Positions 52,727 to 62,648 of a DNA stretch of 64,000 nucleotides are shown here, piece by piece. Made by a program: the position numbers and the translations under genes. Numbering within the stretch: position 1 is the first letter of the stretch; every line of letters begins with the position of its first letter. The notes beneath the pieces were generated by a model. That model did no database searches. It worked only from the letters and a program-made list of their open reading frames with translations, and was not told where the DNA came from. The stretch comes from Paludibacteraceae bacterium (GTDB lineage Bacteria > Bacteroidota > Bacteroidia > Bacteroidales > Paludibacteraceae). The DNA lies in contig OW818663.1 in the NCBI GenBank assembly GCA_942493025.1, positions 2,258 to 66,257 on the forward strand, written 5' to 3'.

Positions 52727-54307
52727 TTAATAATTTGGATTTTGTTTCAAATTTGGATTTGCATTTAAATCTCCCGGAGGAAGCGGCATCAAATTGAATT
52801 TGGCAGGGAAACTTGATCCGGCAGCAGTTCCGCCTTTCCAATCCCAATTGTAGGTGCCTCCACCAAAATATCCATAACGAATTAAATCAGTTCTACGACG
52901 ACCTTCGAAGTAGAATTCGCGTGCCCATTCATCCAAAACCTGGTCTTTGCTAAGTGCTGTAAGTGGAATGGCATGTGCTCTCGCTCTAAGATCATTAACG
53001 GCTTTTAAAGCAAGTGTTGGGTTACCGGCAGTTGAGCGAAGGTTTGCTTCGGCATAAGTGAGGTAAGCCTCTGCTGCACGCATAAACGGAATATCCATAT
53101 CCGGAAATTGTGTGTCATGTGAAGCAAGTCCGTCGGCGCGTACGTTCGTGTATTTTGCTACTGATATACCTTTTGTAAAGTCGGTAACCTTGCTGATGTC
53201 GAGTGTTTTATCTACAGAATTCAGCATTGCACGGTCATCTACTGCCGCTGTGGTCAAGTCTGCAGCAATTGGAACGCTTCCACTGGGGAAGAATTTTTTC
53301 ACTAAAGTTGCTCTGGCGCGGTTACCACCCCATCCTTCGGTACTTCCCCAAGCTGCCATGCCATTGGTATGTGTAGAGGCAATTAAGAAAAGAGATGCTC
53401 CCCAACTTTTAGTTTTTATGCCATCGGCTGCAATTGGGAAAATAATTTCCTGAGGTGCAGTGTTTATTGTAGATCCGTCGACAGTACCAGCATTATCAGC
53501 CATAAATAATTGTTTGTAGCTTGGATTCAATTTGTACGCTGATGTCATTACTTTATTCGAATAAGTTATTGCATCATCCCAACGTTGGGTTCCAGTGTAT
53601 ACTTCAGCATTCAAATATAATCGTGCTTTTAACATCCAGTTGGCAGCTTTGTCCAAACGATAGTAGGGTTTGTCTGCCTGACGTGGTTCGTACATGTCCG
53701 GTTCACATTCTGTGAGTTCTTTTTCGATGTATGTAAACAGATCAGCTCTTTTTATTTGTGGTGGAAATTCATCGGAGATTTTTTCCGAAAAAGGTACATT
53801 TCCAAAGAAATCCAACAAATAATAGTAGCTTAATGCTCTGAGGTAACGTACTTCGGCACGTTCTTTTACAGATACAGCATCGGTTTTTCCAGCAGTTTGC
53901 TCCAAAAAGTGATTGCTGATAGTAACGATAAAGTACAAACGGGCATACAAACCTTCTGTAGCCAAATTGGTAGAAGGCCATGTGTTAGCATTCAACTCTA
54001 CAACTTCGTTATCTCCCCAGGCACACAATGCCTCATCAGTAGGTAATTCACTGCAGTTCCATAAGCAACGGGTGAGCGAAAAACGACCTTCGTCGGTGAT
54101 GTCAATGTCATTGTTCCCAGCTGCACCTTCCTGACCGGATAGTGCAAATGCTGCATAGGTTTTTGCAAAAACAGCTTCCTGGTCAAATGTTTGAGTTACC
54201 TGAGGATTTATGGGGGTCACGTTCAAATCATCGAGGCATGAGCTTGCACTAAATGCAATAACACCCAGGGCGATGACGTAAAACAATTTTTTATTTATGT
54301 TGTTCAT
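52727..54307 (-). CDS. susD: SusD/RagB family lipoprotein
   Basis: Lipobox ASSC-LDDL, ELPTDE, RAEVRYLRALSYYYLLDFFGNVPF, EWAREFYFEGRRRTDLIRYG, QNPNY. Confidence 0.95.
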   Translation of the reverse strand: MNNINKKLFYVIALGVIAFSASSCLDDLNVTPINPQVTQTFDQEAVFAKTYAAFALSGQEGAAGNNDIDITDEGRFSLTRCLWNCSELPTDEALCAWGDNEVVELNANTWPSTNLATEGLYARLYFIVTISNHFLEQTAGKTDAVSVKERAEVRYLRALSYYYLLDFFGNVPFSEKISDEFPPQIKRADLFTYIEKELTECEPDMYEPRQADKPYYRLDKAANWMLKARLYLNAEVYTGTQRWDDAITYSNKVMTSAYKLNPSYKQLFMADNAGTVDGSTINTAPQEIIFPIAADGIKTKSWGASLFLIASTHTNGMAAWGSTEGWGGNRARATLVKKFFPSGSVPIAADLTTAAVDDRAMLNSVDKTLDISKVTDFTKGISVAKYTNVRADGLASHDTQFPDMDIPFMRAAEAYLTYAEANLRSTAGNPTLALKAVNDLRARAHAIPLTALSKDQVLDEWAREFYFEGRRRTDLIRYGYFGGGTYNWDWKGGTAAGSSFPAKFNLMPLPPGDLNANPNLKQNPNY

Positions 54308-54331
54308 ATTGCTAAATTTATTGGTTAAGTG

Positions 54332-57316
54332 TTAGAAATTAAGGCTTACTCCCAACATAGTTACAATTGGGCGAGGGTAAATGTTGTTATCAATACCTCC
54401 GGAAATTTCAGGATCTAACCCTTTATATTTTGTAAATACAAATGGGTTTTGGAATGTGGAGTAAACACGTCCGCTGAGACTTGATTTTTTAGCGCCTTTG
54501 AATGAATATCCAATTGTGACGTTATCGCAACGAATGAAAGACGCATTCTGAACGTAGTAATCAGAAAGATAGGTGTTACCTCCTCCGCTAAAGTTAGTGT
54601 TAAATGCGGATTTCAACTTGTTCGAGAAATATCCTAATGATGAATATACACCACCTGAGCCAACATTTAAGCCTCCTGCATCAACTGCATTGTACATGTA
54701 GTTGCCAATACTTGCTCTAAGTGAGAATCCAAAATCCCAACTTTTATAAATGATTTTAGAAGAAAGACCCATTGTTATATCTCCATTAGGATTGTGATAA
54801 AAATATTTATCTTTCTCATTTATAACATGATCTCCGTTACGATCTACGTATAAACCTTCGATTGGTTTGTGGTTTGTGTCGTATATTTGTTCGTATACAT
54901 AGAATGAACTAGCAGGGAACCCAACCGCATGAGCTTGCGCAAATCCTTGAAACAAACCTCCTTGTGCAACATAATATCCTTCTATGTTACCCATGGTTAG
55001 TTTCGTGATTTTATTTCTGTTTACAGTTGCATTGTAACCAATTTCCCAGGTTAAATCTTTTGTGGTAATTGCTTTTGCATTTAACGTGAATTCCACACCG
55101 GTGTTTTTTAGAGTTCCAACGTTGCTAACTACCTTGTTTCTAAAGTTTGTAGAAGCAGGAGCTGTTACTACGTTGATAAGATCCTTGGTGTTACGATAGT
55201 AGTAATCAACCGAACCGGTGATACGAGATTTGAAGAATCCGAAGTCTAAACCTGTATTCCATGTTGTTGTTTCTTCCCATTTCAGTTTTGAATTATAAGC
55301 ATCCGGTCTTGAAGTGTTATAATAGGTTGATCCAAATGGATAAAATGCCCCATTTTTGTTGGTTGTATAAACCGGGAAATATGCGTATTCAGGATATAGG
55401 ATCTGATCTCCAGTTAGGTTTTGTTGTCCGGTGATACCATACCCTAAACGTAATTTTAAATCAGATACGGTATTGTTATCCTTTAGGAAACTCTCCTCGT
55501 TTATTTTCCAGGCAAAGGCTAATGCCGGGAAAATAGCACTACGATTGTTTGCTGCAAAACGTGAAGAACGGTCATTACGTACAGTTGCTGTAAATAAATA
55601 CCTGTCGGCAAGCGTATAATTTACACGTCCAAAGAATGAAACCAGATAACTTTCGGTTTTGAAAACACTTGGAACCGGATTATAACCATCTAATCCAATA
55701 AACTCAGAAGAACCTTCGCGATAAAAATGTTGCCATTCATATCCGGCCATTGCATCGTATCTGTGAATGCCAGCTTCTTTGCCATACTGCATATAATAGT
55801 TCAAAGATGTATTTCGTTTACTTTGTTTGTCCCAACCTGTACGACCATGTGGAAAATCACTTGCGGCCTGCTTACTCAAATTCAATATTTGCTTGCCATA
55901 AGCATCATCGATACCTAAGTTTAAGTGTAAGCGTAAATCAGGTAAGAAATGTACTTTATAGTCAAATTCCGCACTTCCAATCAAATCTCTTGAGTTAGCG
56001 GTTTCATCTTTTTGCATTAAAGTAGCAAGCGGATTTTTTGTTGCCTGAGGATTTGGGATCGAGCTATCAGTTCCATTTGTCCATTGCCAGTATCCTCCGA
56101 ATGGAGCATAAGCGGCAGCTCTTGAAGTAACAGGTTGGGTCGGATCCATAGAAATAGCAGCCGAAATGGCACCATTATCTGCATATCTATTCTTAACCAT
56201 CATGCCTTTGGCATTCAAATTGATTTTTAAATGATCATCGAATAGTGAAGGGCTTAAACTGATGGCGGCGGTATACCGTTCGAAATTAGATGTTTTCAGA
56301 ATACCATCTTGATTCGTATAACCTACAGATGCACGATAAGGAACGTTTTTAAAGCCTCCGGTTACACTGATGTTGTGGTCATGACTAATGGCGGCTTGAT
56401 AAATCTGACTTTGCCAGTCTGTGTTTGCTGTTCCAAGTTTGGCAACAGCTGCAGCTTGATCTACATATAATTGTCTGGCGTAAGCGCGATACTCGTCACC
56501 ATTCAATACTTTGACTGTTTTACCTACTATTCCGATTGAAGTGTTTCCGTCGTATGAAAATCTGGGTTTAGAGCCTTTTAATCCTTTTTTAGTATTGATG
56601 ATAATTACACCGTTCGAAGCACGCGAACCGTAAATGGCAGTTGCAGATGCATCTTTCAATACGGTAAATGTTTCAATGTCATTCGGGTTAATGGTGCTCA
56701 GGTAATTGGCTACTCCTTTAATCCCATCATTGTCCATGGCCAATCCGTCGATAACGATTAAAGGGTCGTTACTGGCATTTAATGAAGAACCTCCGCGAAT
56801 ACGGATAGTAGCGCCACTACCGGGAGTACCGCCACCAGTGATTACGCTTACACCGGCTATTTTTCCCACAATCATGTCCTGGGCACTTGTGGTTACACCC
56901 TTGTTAAGTTTGTCCGGTTTAATGGCAGTAATCGAACCGGTTGCATCGTTTTTCTTTACAACACCATATCCAATTGCTACTACTTCGCCTAAGGCCACTG
57001 CATCTTCTTTAATTTGAATTACAATGTTTTTTTGACCCGCTACTGGAACTTCCACGGTTGCGAATCCGATGTATCTGACAACTAAAGTAGCATTGGCAGC
57101 TACTTTGAGAGTGAATTGACCATCAAGATTGGTAATTGTACCATTTGATGTACCTTTTTCTAGAATGTTAGCTCCGAGGATAGGTTCCCCATTACTTGCA
57201 TCTTTTACTATTCCAGAAATGGATGTTTGTTGCGCATTGACAGCAGCCGCAAAAACAAACAACACTAAAATGGCTAAGCATGCCCGTAATTTTAGCTTAA
57301 AGTTTGTGTACTTCAT
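54332..57316 (-). CDS. susC: SusC/RagA family TonB-dependent transporter
   Basis: IRIRGGSSL, PLIVIDG, LKDASATAIYGSRASNGVIII, LKWEETTT, YPRP...GVSLNF. Confidence 0.97.
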   Translation of the reverse strand: MKYTNFKLKLRACLAILVLFVFAAAVNAQQTSISGIVKDASNGEPILGANILEKGTSNGTITNLDGQFTLKVAANATLVVRYIGFATVEVPVAGQKNIVIQIKEDAVALGEVVAIGYGVVKKNDATGSITAIKPDKLNKGVTTSAQDMIVGKIAGVSVITGGGTPGSGATIRIRGGSSLNASNDPLIVIDGLAMDNDGIKGVANYLSTINPNDIETFTVLKDASATAIYGSRASNGVIIINTKKGLKGSKPRFSYDGNTSIGIVGKTVKVLNGDEYRAYARQLYVDQAAAVAKLGTANTDWQSQIYQAAISHDHNISVTGGFKNVPYRASVGYTNQDGILKTSNFERYTAAISLSPSLFDDHLKINLNAKGMMVKNRYADNGAISAAISMDPTQPVTSRAAAYAPFGGYWQWTNGTDSSIPNPQATKNPLATLMQKDETANSRDLIGSAEFDYKVHFLPDLRLHLNLGIDDAYGKQILNLSKQAASDFPHGRTGWDKQSKRNTSLNYYMQYGKEAGIHRYDAMAGYEWQHFYREGSSEFIGLDGYNPVPSVFKTESYLVSFFGRVNYTLADRYLFTATVRNDRSSRFAANNRSAIFPALAFAWKINEESFLKDNNTVSDLKLRLGYGITGQQNLTGDQILYPEYAYFPVYTTNKNGAFYPFGSTYYNTSRPDAYNSKLKWEETTTWNTGLDFGFFKSRITGSVDYYYRNTKDLINVVTAPASTNFRNKVVSNVGTLKNTGVEFTLNAKAITTKDLTWEIGYNATVNRNKITKLTMGNIEGYYVAQGGLFQGFAQAHAVGFPASSFYVYEQIYDTNHKPIEGLYVDRNGDHVINEKDKYFYHNPNGDITMGLSSKIIYKSWDFGFSLRASIGNYMYNAVDAGGLNVGSGGVYSSLGYFSNKLKSAFNTNFSGGGNTYLSDYYVQNASFIRCDNVTIGYSFKGAKKSSLSGRVYSTFQNPFVFTKYKGLDPEISGGIDNNIYPRPIVTMLGVSLNF

Positions 57317-57512
57317 GCATTGAGTTTTTTAAGGTTGATAATTATTATTGGTCTAATTAAAATCAAAACAAATTGTTGTTGTAATTCGCGATGATTAGAT
57401 ATAATCTAATTTTAATTCAAAATGAACATTTGCTTGTGATTTTATGTGGCAAAAATAGAGGGTAAATACTTAAATACTATCTTAAAAATATAATTAAAGT
57501 TATAAAAATCTC

Positions 57513-57526
57513 CGCAAACGTTTGCG
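57513..57526. promoter_or_regulatory. LacI-type operator CGCAAACGTTTGCG in the susC/regulator divergent region
   Basis: Perfect palindrome between -7 elements TATTTTTG (57450-57457, minus) and TACTTTTG (57579-57586, plus). Confidence 0.82.
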
Positions 57527-57725
57527 AAAGATATTTTTAATATTTGCAGAAATAATTTTTTATTCGGCTAAACTAATATACTTTTGTATTAGCAATAATG
57601 ATAATGTTTTTGTTTTGATAAAAAAAACACAGTTCTTGTTTTTAGTTCTCTGTAAATGAGTAGGTTCTGTTGTAGATCGAAATTCAAATCTAATGTTGTT
57701 GCTTCTGACCCTAAATCACGCTCGT

Positions 57726-58736
57726 ATGAATAAACCACAAATAACCATCAAGGATATTGGACGCGCTCTCCATATTTCACCCTCCACGGTTTCTCGCGCG
57801 CTTAAGAATCATCCCGATATAAGCCAGTCGACAAAAGATGCCGTAAATAAATATGCCAAAGATTTTAATTATAAGCCTAACACACTGGCTTTGAGCTTAC
57901 GTACCAGTAAGAATAATACGATTGGCGTAATTGTTCCCGAAATAAATAACTACTTTTTTTCATCTGTTCTCTCCGGTATTGAGGAAATAGCCAACGAAGG
58001 TGATTTTAATGTTATTTTATGTCAATCAAGTGAAAATTATGAAAAAGAAGTTAGAAATACTAAAGCCCTTGTCGCAACCCGGGTTTCGGGTGTTTTAGCG
58101 TCTTTGTGTAAACATACCACCAATTACGACCATTTTCAGGAAATCATAGAAAGTGATATTCCATTGGTGTTTTTCGACCGGATCTGTATCGGTATTATTA
58201 CCGACCGTGTGGTGGTAGATGATTACGCAGGCGCTTTTGCAGCTGTTGAGTATTTAATTCAAAGCGGTTGCAAGCGAATTGCGTTTTATAGTTCCCCTTT
58301 TCATTTGGAAATTTCTAAAAATAGAAAAAACGGATACCTCGATGCACTGCGGAAATATCGGATACCAGTTGATGAATCATTGATCAGGGTATGCGATACG
58401 CGTGAGGAGGCTATCATTATTACGCCCGAAATTCTTGACAGACCGGACAGACCCGATGGTTTTTTTGCGATTAATGACCATTGTGCTGCCGGAATTTTGT
58501 ATGCCGTAAAACTGGCTAAGTTGCGTGTGCCGGAAGATATAGCTATTTTCGGTTTCTCGGATGGCGAACTGGCTAAGGCCTGCGATCCATTATTAAGTAC
58601 GGTTGAGCAACATGGCTATGAAATGGGAAAAAATGCAGCTAAGCTTCTTCTCGACAAGATTAATGGGATTACTCACGGACAATATACAAATAAAATAGTA
58701 AAAACGAATCTAATTATCAGAGGAACAACTAAATAG
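57726..58736 (+). CDS. LacI-family transcriptional regulator (MalR-like; likely start 57726)
   Basis: ITIKDIGRALHISPSTVSRAL HTH, YKPN, IGVIVP, VFFDR, VPEDIAIFGF. Confidence 0.95.
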   Translation: MNKPQITIKDIGRALHISPSTVSRALKNHPDISQSTKDAVNKYAKDFNYKPNTLALSLRTSKNNTIGVIVPEINNYFFSSVLSGIEEIANEGDFNVILCQSSENYEKEVRNTKALVATRVSGVLASLCKHTTNYDHFQEIIESDIPLVFFDRICIGIITDRVVVDDYAGAFAAVEYLIQSGCKRIAFYSSPFHLEISKNRKNGYLDALRKYRIPVDESLIRVCDTREEAIIITPEILDRPDRPDGFFAINDHCAAGILYAVKLAKLRVPEDIAIFGFSDGELAKACDPLLSTVEQHGYEMGKNAAKLLLDKINGITHGQYTNKIVKTNLIIRGTTK

Positions 58737-58762
58737 TTTTTTATCAGTAAACACAACCATCG

Positions 58763-60277
58763 ATGAAACCAAAATTATCATTTACTCAAATCTGGAATAT
58801 GAGTTTCGGATTTTTAGGAATTCAGTTTGGATTTGCATTACAAAACGCCAATACAAGTCGCATTTTCGAAACTTTAGGTGCTGATGTCGATAAAATTCCA
58901 TTATTGTGGATTGCAGCTCCTGTTACAGGTTTGATTGTCCAACCGATTATCGGACATTGGAGTGATAAAACCTGGAATCGTTTTGGACGGAGGAAGCCAT
59001 TTTTCCTAATGGGTGCCATTTTAGCTTCTTTGGCGCTGTTTGTTATGCCAAATTCATCTGCTTTATGGATGGCTGCAGGCATGTTGTGGATTATGGATGC
59101 TTCCATCAATGTTTCTATGGAGCCATTCAGGGCATTTGTAGGTGATATGCTTCCATCCGAGCAACGCACTTTGGGATTTTCGATGCAGAGCTTTTTTATT
59201 GGTATTGGTGCTGTTGCAGGTTCTGTATTGCCCTATATACTTGCTAATTGGGTTGGTATTTCGAATGTACCTGTGGGCGATGCTCTGATTCCGGATACGG
59301 TAAAATGGTCTTTTTATTTGGGTGGATGTGTATTTATTTTGACGATACTTGTTACTGTGTTAAGTACTAAGGAATATTCGCCAAACGAATTGCTTGAATT
59401 TGAAATAAATGATAAGAATGAAACCGTAAATAAGGACTTGCTATTGCAACTGCCTTCCAGTCGTTTTTCAATTGCCGGAATCATATTTGTTATTTTGAGT
59501 GTTATTAGTTTAGCGTCAATATTCTCTTTTTCGCTCGATAAACAACTGTATATTTTAAGTGGAATTTTACTCCTTATTGCACTTCTGTTTCTGCTGGTAG
59601 GTGAAATGCGAAGACGAGAAAAGGACAATGATTTAGTGGAAGTTATGACCGACTTAATGAATATGCCTAAAACAATGATTCAATTGGCAGTTGTTCAATT
59701 CTTTACATGGTTAGCATTGTTTTCTATGTGGATCTATACCACTCCGTCGGTTACTGCTTATCATTTTGGAGCGACCGATAAAATGTCGGAAGCATACAAT
59801 ACGGGTGCAAACTGGGTGGGTGTTTTGTTTGGAGCCTATAGTCTTTTTGCTGCAGCAGTAGCCTTTATTTTACCTGTTTTGGCTCGTCGGATTTCACGCA
59901 AAGCAACCCATTTACTCGCGTTAATGCTGGGTGGTTTGGGATTAATATCTATCTATTTTTTCAAAAACCCCGATTATCTCATCATTAGTATGTTTGGAGT
60001 TGGAGTAGCGTGGGCAAGTATCCTTTCTATGCCATATGCTATGTTGACAAGTGCTTTGCCGGCTCGCAAAATGGGGATTTATATGGGGATTTTTAATTTT
60101 TTCATAGTTTTGCCGCAAATATTAGCAGCTACAATTCTTGGAAGTATTACGAAACACCTTTTCGATGGAAATTCAATATATACTATTGTATTTGGAGGTT
60201 GCTCCATGATTTTAGCCGGAATACTTACACTTTGGGTAACCGATATTGATGATCCATTTAATAAAGCAAATAAATAA
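58763..60277 (+). CDS. MFS sugar transporter (maltose/sucrose GPH-like, SLC45 type)
   Basis: NMSFGFLGIQFGF, QPIIGHWSD, GRRKPF, MEPFRAFVGD, VQFFTWLALF, GIFNFFIVLPQ. Confidence 0.92.
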   Translation: MKPKLSFTQIWNMSFGFLGIQFGFALQNANTSRIFETLGADVDKIPLLWIAAPVTGLIVQPIIGHWSDKTWNRFGRRKPFFLMGAILASLALFVMPNSSALWMAAGMLWIMDASINVSMEPFRAFVGDMLPSEQRTLGFSMQSFFIGIGAVAGSVLPYILANWVGISNVPVGDALIPDTVKWSFYLGGCVFILTILVTVLSTKEYSPNELLEFEINDKNETVNKDLLLQLPSSRFSIAGIIFVILSVISLASIFSFSLDKQLYILSGILLLIALLFLLVGEMRRREKDNDLVEVMTDLMNMPKTMIQLAVVQFFTWLALFSMWIYTTPSVTAYHFGATDKMSEAYNTGANWVGVLFGAYSLFAAAVAFILPVLARRISRKATHLLALMLGGLGLISIYFFKNPDYLIISMFGVGVAWASILSMPYAMLTSALPARKMGIYMGIFNFFIVLPQILAATILGSITKHLFDGNSIYTIVFGGCSMILAGILTLWVTDIDDPFNKANK

Positions 60278-60319
60278 TGCTTTTCTGTCAATAAATCACA
60301 ACTTGAAATTCTTAATCAT

Positions 60320-62626
60320 ATGAATAAATATTTACAAACCGACCCCTGGTCTATTGTCGAAGAGGGATTTCATTCCGACCGGCAATTGGCTTCCGAGAGT
60401 ATTTTTAGTCTTGGTAACGGTCATATGGGTCAGCGTGCCAATTTTGAAGAGTTTTATTCGGGTGAAACCATGCTGGGTTCCTACATTGCCGGTATTTATT
60501 ATCCCGAAAGAGCAGAGCGGGGGAATTGGAAAAATGGATATTCGGAGACGAATGATAAGATAATCAATGCCCCTAACTGGACTAGTATTATTGTGCGATT
60601 GAATGATGACCAACTGGATGTAAGTACATGGGACGTTCAGAATTTCAAGCGGGTGTTGAATATGCACGAAGGTTATCTGGAAAGGACTTTCGAAGCGATC
60701 TCACAAAAAGGACATAAAATTCAGGTTTCGGTGAAACGATTTTTAAGCATGGCCGAATCGGAGGTGGGTGCTATAAGTTATTCGGTAAAATCAATTAACT
60801 ACGAAGGGCGCATTTCATTTATGCCACTGATAGATGCTGATGTAAGAAACCACCTCACAAATTATAATGAACCATTCTGGAATGTGCTGCAAATAAAAAC
60901 CGATCAGGATGTGTCGCACTTATGGGCACAAACCCGTCGCATCGATTTTCATGTTTGCTGCGCGCAAACTTTTGTTTTTTACAAAAATAATGAACTTCTT
61001 AATACCATTCCAACAAAGATAGAGAAAGAAAAAGCAGCGGGCTACAGTATTGGTACCGATGTTCGGGTGGGTGATACCGTTTGCATAAATAAATATGTAG
61101 CGGTTTTGAGTTCGTTGAATCACCCTTACGATGAACTTACCGATAGAGCCAGAACGCTTGCCCGTCAAGCAAAAACGAAAGGGTGGAATAAGTTATTCGA
61201 AGAGCACGCTGCCGTTTGGGCGGAGAAATGGCTGCATTCCGATATTATTATTGAAGGTGATGTTGAATCGCAACAGGCCATCCGATTTGCAATTTTTCAA
61301 CTAAATCAAACCTACGATGGGAATGATGCCCGTTTAAATATTAGTCCTAAGGGTTTTACCGGTGAAAAATATGCCGGTGCCACCCGTTGGGATACGGAGG
61401 CAATGTGTATCCCGTTTTATTTGTGCACATCCGTTCAAAGTGTGTCGAAGAATCTGCTGCTGTATCGTTACCGACATTTACCCAAAGCCATTCAGAATGC
61501 CGAAAAACTTGGATTTACAAATGGTGCGGCTCTGTTCCCGATTGCTACATTCAATGGTGTAGAAAGTTTTAATGATTGGGAGTTGACTTTTGAGGAAGTG
61601 CATAGGAATGGTATAATTGCTTATGCCATTAATGATTATGTTAGTTATACCGGTGATGAAAACTATTTGGCTGAGTATGGGCTTAAAGTGTTGATTGCCA
61701 TATCCCGTTTCTGGTGTCAGCGGGTAAATATATCTTCCGAAAAGCAGAAATATGTCATTTTAGGCGTTACTGGTCCTAATATGTACGAAAATAATGTGAA
61801 TAATAACTGGTTCACCAACTATATTGCAGTATGGTGTCTTCAATATACTATTGATTGTATTGAAAAAGTAAAAAAGAACAATTTCAGGGTATTCGAAGAT
61901 CTTACTCAGGAGATACACTTGCATAATGATGAGCTTTTTCAATGGAAAGATATTATTGAAAATATGTATCTGCCTGAAAACAAGACTTTAGGTGTTTTTG
62001 TACAACAAGATGGTTTCTTTGACAAAACTCTGATGCCGGCAGCTGAAATTTCGGATGCGCAGTTACCGGTAAATCAGCATTGGACATGGGATAAAATCCT
62101 TCGTTCGTCGGTCATTAAGCAAGCCGATGTAGTACATGGATTGTATTTTTTCGAAACTGATTTTGAGACAGAAACAATACGAAAGAATTTTGAATTTTAC
62201 GAACCGCTGACTGTTCATGAGTCATCGCTTTCGCCGGGAATACATTCCATTGTGGCCAGTAAAATTGGAAACAAGCAAAAAGCCTATGAGTTGTATCTGC
62301 GTACAGCGCGTATCGATTTGGATGATTACAATAATGAAGTGGCTGAAGGATTGCATATTACCAGTATGGCCGGCACCTGGCTGAGTATTGTAAAAGGATT
62401 TGGCGGAATGCGGGTAAAGGATGATATGCTGCAGTTAAATCCACAAATTCCCGAAAAATGGAATGCGTTTGCCTTTAATATCGTGTTTCGCGAGAATCAA
62501 TTGAGCGTCAAGATTGAAAAGAAGCAAATTCTTATACAGAATATTAAAGGTAGTGGCATTGATCTGTTGGTGAATAATAAACGCGTTCACATAAAAGCCG
62601 AAAGTCAGGAGAAAATAATCATTTAA
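60320..62626 (+). CDS. GH65 maltose-phosphorylase-family protein (Met at the catalytic-acid position)
   Basis: ESIFSLGNG, GQRANFEE, PKGFTGEKY, WDTE, EEVHRNG, KQAD, HESSLSP; GPNMYENN instead of GP(N/D)EYENN. Confidence 0.92.
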   Translation: MNKYLQTDPWSIVEEGFHSDRQLASESIFSLGNGHMGQRANFEEFYSGETMLGSYIAGIYYPERAERGNWKNGYSETNDKIINAPNWTSIIVRLNDDQLDVSTWDVQNFKRVLNMHEGYLERTFEAISQKGHKIQVSVKRFLSMAESEVGAISYSVKSINYEGRISFMPLIDADVRNHLTNYNEPFWNVLQIKTDQDVSHLWAQTRRIDFHVCCAQTFVFYKNNELLNTIPTKIEKEKAAGYSIGTDVRVGDTVCINKYVAVLSSLNHPYDELTDRARTLARQAKTKGWNKLFEEHAAVWAEKWLHSDIIIEGDVESQQAIRFAIFQLNQTYDGNDARLNISPKGFTGEKYAGATRWDTEAMCIPFYLCTSVQSVSKNLLLYRYRHLPKAIQNAEKLGFTNGAALFPIATFNGVESFNDWELTFEEVHRNGIIAYAINDYVSYTGDENYLAEYGLKVLIAISRFWCQRVNISSEKQKYVILGVTGPNMYENNVNNNWFTNYIAVWCLQYTIDCIEKVKKNNFRVFEDLTQEIHLHNDELFQWKDIIENMYLPENKTLGVFVQQDGFFDKTLMPAAEISDAQLPVNQHWTWDKILRSSVIKQADVVHGLYFFETDFETETIRKNFEFYEPLTVHESSLSPGIHSIVASKIGNKQKAYELYLRTARIDLDDYNNEVAEGLHITSMAGTWLSIVKGFGGMRVKDDMLQLNPQIPEKWNAFAFNIVFRENQLSVKIEKKQILIQNIKGSGIDLLVNNKRVHIKAESQEKIII

Positions 62627-62648
62627 GAACTTAGAATTGCTATAAAAG

